Assembly (NCBI RefSeq): GCF_009914755.1 | Contig: NC_060945.1 | DNA: 64,000 nucleotides | DNA from: the human T2T-CHM13v2.0 reference genome, Homo sapiens | Strand: one strand, 5' to 3' | Part shown: piece by piece, positions 58,857-64,000 of the stretch | Layout of the letters: every line of letters begins with the position of its first letter | Numbering within the stretch: position 1 is the stretch's first letter | The notes under the pieces: model-generated | What the model was told of the DNA's origin: nothing | The model's database searches: none | What the model saw: the letters and a program-made list of their open reading frames with translations, nothing else | Made by a program: the position numbers and the translations under genes

Positions 58857-59441
58857 ACCTCTGGCATATCTGAATGAACATTTAACCTCTCAGTCTCACT
58901 CTTCTCATCTGGAAAATTGGAACAATATCTCACAATCATGTAGAAGGTGGTATCTTAGAAGTTCTCTATAAAAGCTGCAAAGCAGCTGACTGTATACAAT
59001 TTAATTTTTCTGGAATTTGTTCTTCTTATGGGGTAACAGCCCTAAAAAACGTAATTTGTCAAAATGGACAGGGTTTGAGTTTACGAGTGTCTAAGACCTT
59101 GAACCTTCCTCACAGAGGCAGAAGGCGGTTATGCTCTGAATTCCTGGCTCCCTACAACAAGGCAGCACCCTGTGATATTGGTCATTACTCAGTTGTCCCC
59201 CTCGGCCGGTCACTGGGGGCTGTCCAGGGCAGGTCCAGCTGTCTGTCAGGCACAGTGAACTGGACAGCCTCCACAGTGGGCTGACAGCTCTATCTGGGAG
59301 CCCTCTAGTCTGGCTTGGAGACACTGTTTTCAGTTGTGTGATATTTACTTGAGGCTCTCAGGAGTGGAAAAGCAGATCAATCAATGTGGGTGGTCTCCCT
59401 AATGTCAAAGCCCTCCTCCCACCCAGGCCAGGCTCTCATCC

Positions 59442-59460
59442 TCACCACTAGGTGGCGCTT
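59442..59460 (+). promoter_or_regulatory. CTCF motif
   Basis: TCACCACTAGGTGGCGCTT matches core consensus, CpG retained. Confidence 0.75.
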
Positions 59461-62183
59461 CCTCCCATTCCCTGTAGCCAGGTGGGCTTTACCTTGACAG
59501 GTACTATTGGGTTGACCCCCATGGACTGATGCCCACACAGCCTTGGGACTTCATCCAAACCTAGCCCAGCCCTCTGGGTGTCAGCCCAGGGTGGCCCACG
59601 CATCAAAGGGTGGCCTTTCCGGGCCAGAGAAGCCAAGCGTGAAATGACCCTGCTGGTCTCAGCCCCAGCTTCCAGGACGGCCACACCCAGGCTGTGTTTT
59701 CTGATGTGCTAAGGAGTGTCTGCAGGAGGAGGAGGAGCTCCCCTCTGTCCTGTGGCTTTCTGTTTTGCCATGGAAATACCTTCAAGGACAAGAAGGCCCT
59801 TGTCACGCCTAACTCGAAGACAACTTGCTCTTGGTACCTCTCACCCATTTTCTTTTTGTGAAAACAGACAGTGTTGGGGGAGTAGCTGGGCACCACCTCA
59901 TGTACTTCAGAAGTTGGAGAGAACTCTCTGACCACTCTGAAACCTTCCCTCTCCAAACCCAGGAGCCCATGGCTCAGAGATGGGTAAGGAGCTGATGGAA
60001 GGGGCAAGGTTCTGGATCCTGAGGTCCGAGACTCCTGCTTCCTTTCCTTGCTAGCCCTGGCTCTTGGGGCCAGCACACCTCCCTGGGCCCACCTGTCCTC
60101 ATAGCTCCTGCCCCAGAAGGCCCAGGGCAGCCTGTGCAGGTGGTCAGTGGGAGAAGGCAGTCTCCCCGCTGCACCCCATGGCTGTGTCCCCCAAACTTCC
60201 TCTATGGCTCCTCGCCTGACCCTGAGGGATGGGGGCGCTGCACATGGTGGGGTCAGAGGGTAAGGAAGTGGGGTTCCGCTGCTGGTGGGAGCACAGAGAT
60301 CACTGCTGGACACTCAAGCGTCCATGGGGATGAGCCCCTATCCTATGGCCAAATTAATTGTTCCCCCATTAATTGCCAAGCAATCAATACATCCATTTAT
60401 TTGATTTCATTGTATAACTGTATTGAAAACAGTCCGGGGTCTGGACACCTGGTCCCTCTGGCTGGCCAGGTCTTGGTCCTTGGACTACCATCTAGTCTGT
60501 GCCTCAGCTGTTTTGCTGGCTGAGAAGAAGAAAAAAGTGATGATTTTACTGTGATATGTTTGTGACTTTTATCACAATGCAGTGCTCAGCTCCTCTGTCA
60601 CCAAAGCCTACCTTTTTTCTGGCTCTTTTTTGGATCCTGGAGGGCTGACTTAAGCAAATCCTTAGTAAAGGAAAGAACCCAGCAGCCTCTCCTCAAACCA
60701 GTAGGCAGCTTCCATACAGCCTCACAGACAGGTGGCCCAGGAGTGACTTTATCCACATTTTTCTGCTCAGAAAAACAAACCACCAAATCTAAAAAAGAGA
60801 TTGACCTTGAGGTTTCCAGGAACAGGACTTAAAGGGGTGTGGAGAAGGGGTGGGGAAGGGGTAAGGAAGAGATAGGGAGGGAGGAAGGGAGGAAATGGGA
60901 GGAGAGAGACTCCATGGCAACGGCAGAGGAGATTGTGGCACAGGCCACAGGTGTGTAAGCCCCATAGACCTTCTGGGAAGCTGCAATTTGCTTTGTGATG
61001 AGATTTGTGAATAGGGGGAGGCCAGTGGCCCCCAGACCTGCCTGGACACTCTTCCCGGACTCCAGCCAGCCCTTTCTTGTCATTTCATGTGTTAAATCAT
61101 TTAAAATGTATAGAGTAGTATATACTTATCATTTGGATACATTTTCCCCAAAATGTGGACTGAACTAAGATAAAAGAAAAAACACAAGTTATTTTCCTAA
61201 GGTTCTTTGCCTCTTCATTTTTATATGTGTCACTGACTGAGCTGCAGAGGCCTGTTTCTGGTCACATGATTCCTTCTCATGATCTTGGGATCTCCCACAT
61301 TTGGAGCCAAGAAAGAGAGAAAATGAGATAGGAAGGTGCCTGGAGTTCTTGGACAGTGCTGAGTGGTAGGACTTGCTTTGCCTCCATTGGTATCTTTCAA
61401 TGGCTTGTTTTTGTTTTTGTTGTTGTTGTTTTTCAGCTCATAAATGACTTACTGGTCCCAAAAGACAGTATTGTTCACAAGAAAAACTTTGGGTCTTTTG
61501 ATGGTAGTTCAGGCGCTGGGCAGACCTTTCTGCTGCATACTTTGGCACATTTTCACCAGCTTGGGCAAGGGAAAGAATTTGTTGTTTCGAGTACAGTACT
61601 GGAATGCATAAAGATTAAAAAGAAGGCAACAAAAATGCTCTTGCTTTTAAAAAATGTGCAATTCCAATGAGAAAATAGAATAGTGGCCAGAAAGAGACCC
61701 AAGAACAAGTATCGTGGAAACCAAATGAATAAGTGGGCGAAGTATACACTTAAGAACTTTTGCAAAGTTGCCGAGGCTGAGGGGCTGCTACCACAAATAA
61801 AGTAATGAGAGTGATGATATACATTTGCAGAGCAGTTTACAGTGTGCAAAGCCTACACAAGCACTGTGTCGTTCCAGAGGTCATGAGTGTGTGTCACTCA
61901 CTGATGAGGAGGTTGTGACGGCAGCCACCTCGCTTGCCTGGTGGTCATGCAGGTCTTGCCTAGTAGTCATGCAGGGGTCTTATTTGCTTCTCCCTCATGA
62001 GTAAAGGGTGTGGGGCACCACAAGGACTCTGTTCTGCCAACTTTGGGGGCCTTGCCCCATCTAGAGGGGGCAGAACGTTTCAGTTGGAGAATTGGTGGCT
62101 TAAAGGCTTACTGATGGCAGTAGACGGAGGGAAGAGTGATGGCTGAAGGCTCGTCTGCCTGGAATCTTTCATCTGAAAACTAA

Positions 62184-62621
<438 letters not shown>

Positions 62622-62883
62622 TGAATGAGAATCTCTGGGCTTGGACATTGGTGTTGTTAAACTCTCCCCAGGTGATTCTCAGGGGGAGCAGGATTAACAG
62701 CCATTGGCTGGATGCTCTGTAAAGTGATTTCTAGCTCTGTCTAATGTCTGGGGGATGGGTTAAAACAGCATCTGGTGGGACTGGGCGACGAACAGAAGTG
62801 ATAGAGAAGGCTGCACCTACCAAGTATTTCTACTCTTGGGGAAGTTGGTTGAGATTAGCTCTGGGCGCACATATAAAACCCAG

Positions 62884-63336
62884 TGTACTGGATTATACAG
62901 AGTCCCCTCAAAATTCGTGTCTACCCAAAGACTCTGAATGTGATCTTATTTGGAAAAAGGGTCTCTGCCAAGGTAACTGGTAAGTTTGGATGAGCTCATG
63001 CTAGATTAAGGTGGGCACTAAGCCCTATGTGACGCATGTCCTCAAAAGAAGAGAAGACACACAGACACACACAGAGGAGAAGGCCATGTGAGAACAGAGG
63101 AAGAGGCTGGAGTGATGCAGCCACAGCCAAGGAAGGGCGAGGATGGTCACCAACCGGCAGAAGCTGGGAGAGGCAAGGAAAGATTCTTCCTTCCAGCCTT
63201 TGAAGGGAGCACAGCCCTGCTGACACCTGGATTTGAGACTCCTGGCCTCCAGAACAGTGAGAGAATAATACGCTTCTGTTGTTTTCATCCACCCAGTCTG
63301 TGGTATTTTGTTACTGCAGCCACAGGAAACTAAGCC
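62884..63336 (+). mobile_element. MLT1C-like LTR
   Basis: gaatgtgatcttatttggaaaaagggtct...gaaggccatgtga...gcagccacaggaaactaa. Confidence 0.85.
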
Positions 63337-64000
63337 ACTCGGTAAGGTTTGGGTCTCAAGACAGCTGAATCACCTCGTCATTGCTTAGCAATGAAAGATG
63401 CTAGAGCTGATAGCACAGCTAACATGAGAGGAAAGCTGGGCTGTCAGGAGAGCTGTGTCCTGTTTCCAGGCACAGCAAGGACAGCTGGGTTCAGACTGAA
63501 GCAAGACCCGAAATGGATGCCCTGTTGGAGAGCATTGGTGATTTACCCTACAGGCAACCATTGGCTCATTTTGTGCTACAGGAAAGGTGAGCAGATGGGA
63601 AGTAGCTGAAAGACTTGAGTTTTGGTCTTGCCTCTGTCACTTCTGGCTGTGTGGCTCTGGGAAAAGCAGCTAATGTCTCTGGACCTCAGTTCCTCATTTG
63701 TTAAGTGCAGGAACTAGATGACATAATCTGCTATGCAGTTTCCAGCTGTTAAGTTCTAAACGCTAAGCCAGAGAGAGACAGGTTTAGCATCAGTAATAAC
63801 ATATGAGAATAGTCCCCCAGGCATAGGAATGCATCATGCTCCTTGCAGCTCATGCCCCAGGTCTGATTCTGAGTTCAGACATTGCTAGCCACTTGCTTTA
63901 GGGATTTTTGGTAGACATGTTGCTTTCTGGTACAGCTACTCCTAAATTTAGGACATTAATGTAGTCTGTGTCTAAATTAGCAATGTCTAATCATTCGATT

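Noticed and set aside
59603-60313. 236-aa minus-strand ORF (similarly the 200-aa ORF at 39252-39854)
   Set aside because: Non-ATG start, no domain-like composition or recognisable homology

Overview
Human genomic DNA (a human-specific AluYb8 is present) containing the complete CLIC6 gene (chloride intracellular channel 6, parchorin orthologue; chr21q22 from prior knowledge) on the + strand. Six coding exons (5973-7346, 43864-43973, 44540-44665, 45296-45402, 45953-46134, 52892-53053) splice in frame to 686 aa. A 54-nt cassette exon (42611-42664) gives a 704-aa isoform. Exon 1 lies in a CpG island and encodes a long acidic N-terminus with 13 decapeptide repeats; exons 2-6 encode the GST-fold CLIC domain with the CPFS motif. 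The rest is ordinary primate intronic/intergenic DNA rich in Alu, MaLR/ERV LTRs, L1/L2/MIR and DNA-transposon MITEs. I do not see a new multi-gene system. The most notable observations are: the cassette exon is a chimera of two nested transposons (acceptor from antisense L1, donor from an MST LTR) inserting 18 aa just before the CPFS motif; a 171-bp, ~96% identical inverted duplication upstream of the promoter with a template-switch-like junction; an intronic (CCCTAA)n interstitial telomeric tract; an intact MER85 piggyBac MITE; strong CTCF motifs; and several VNTRs and nested insertions. Repeat subfamily names come from recalled consensus sequences, not database searches, and repeat boundaries are approximate unless TSDs are quoted. 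Nearly all other ORFs in the track are repeat or GC-content artefacts.
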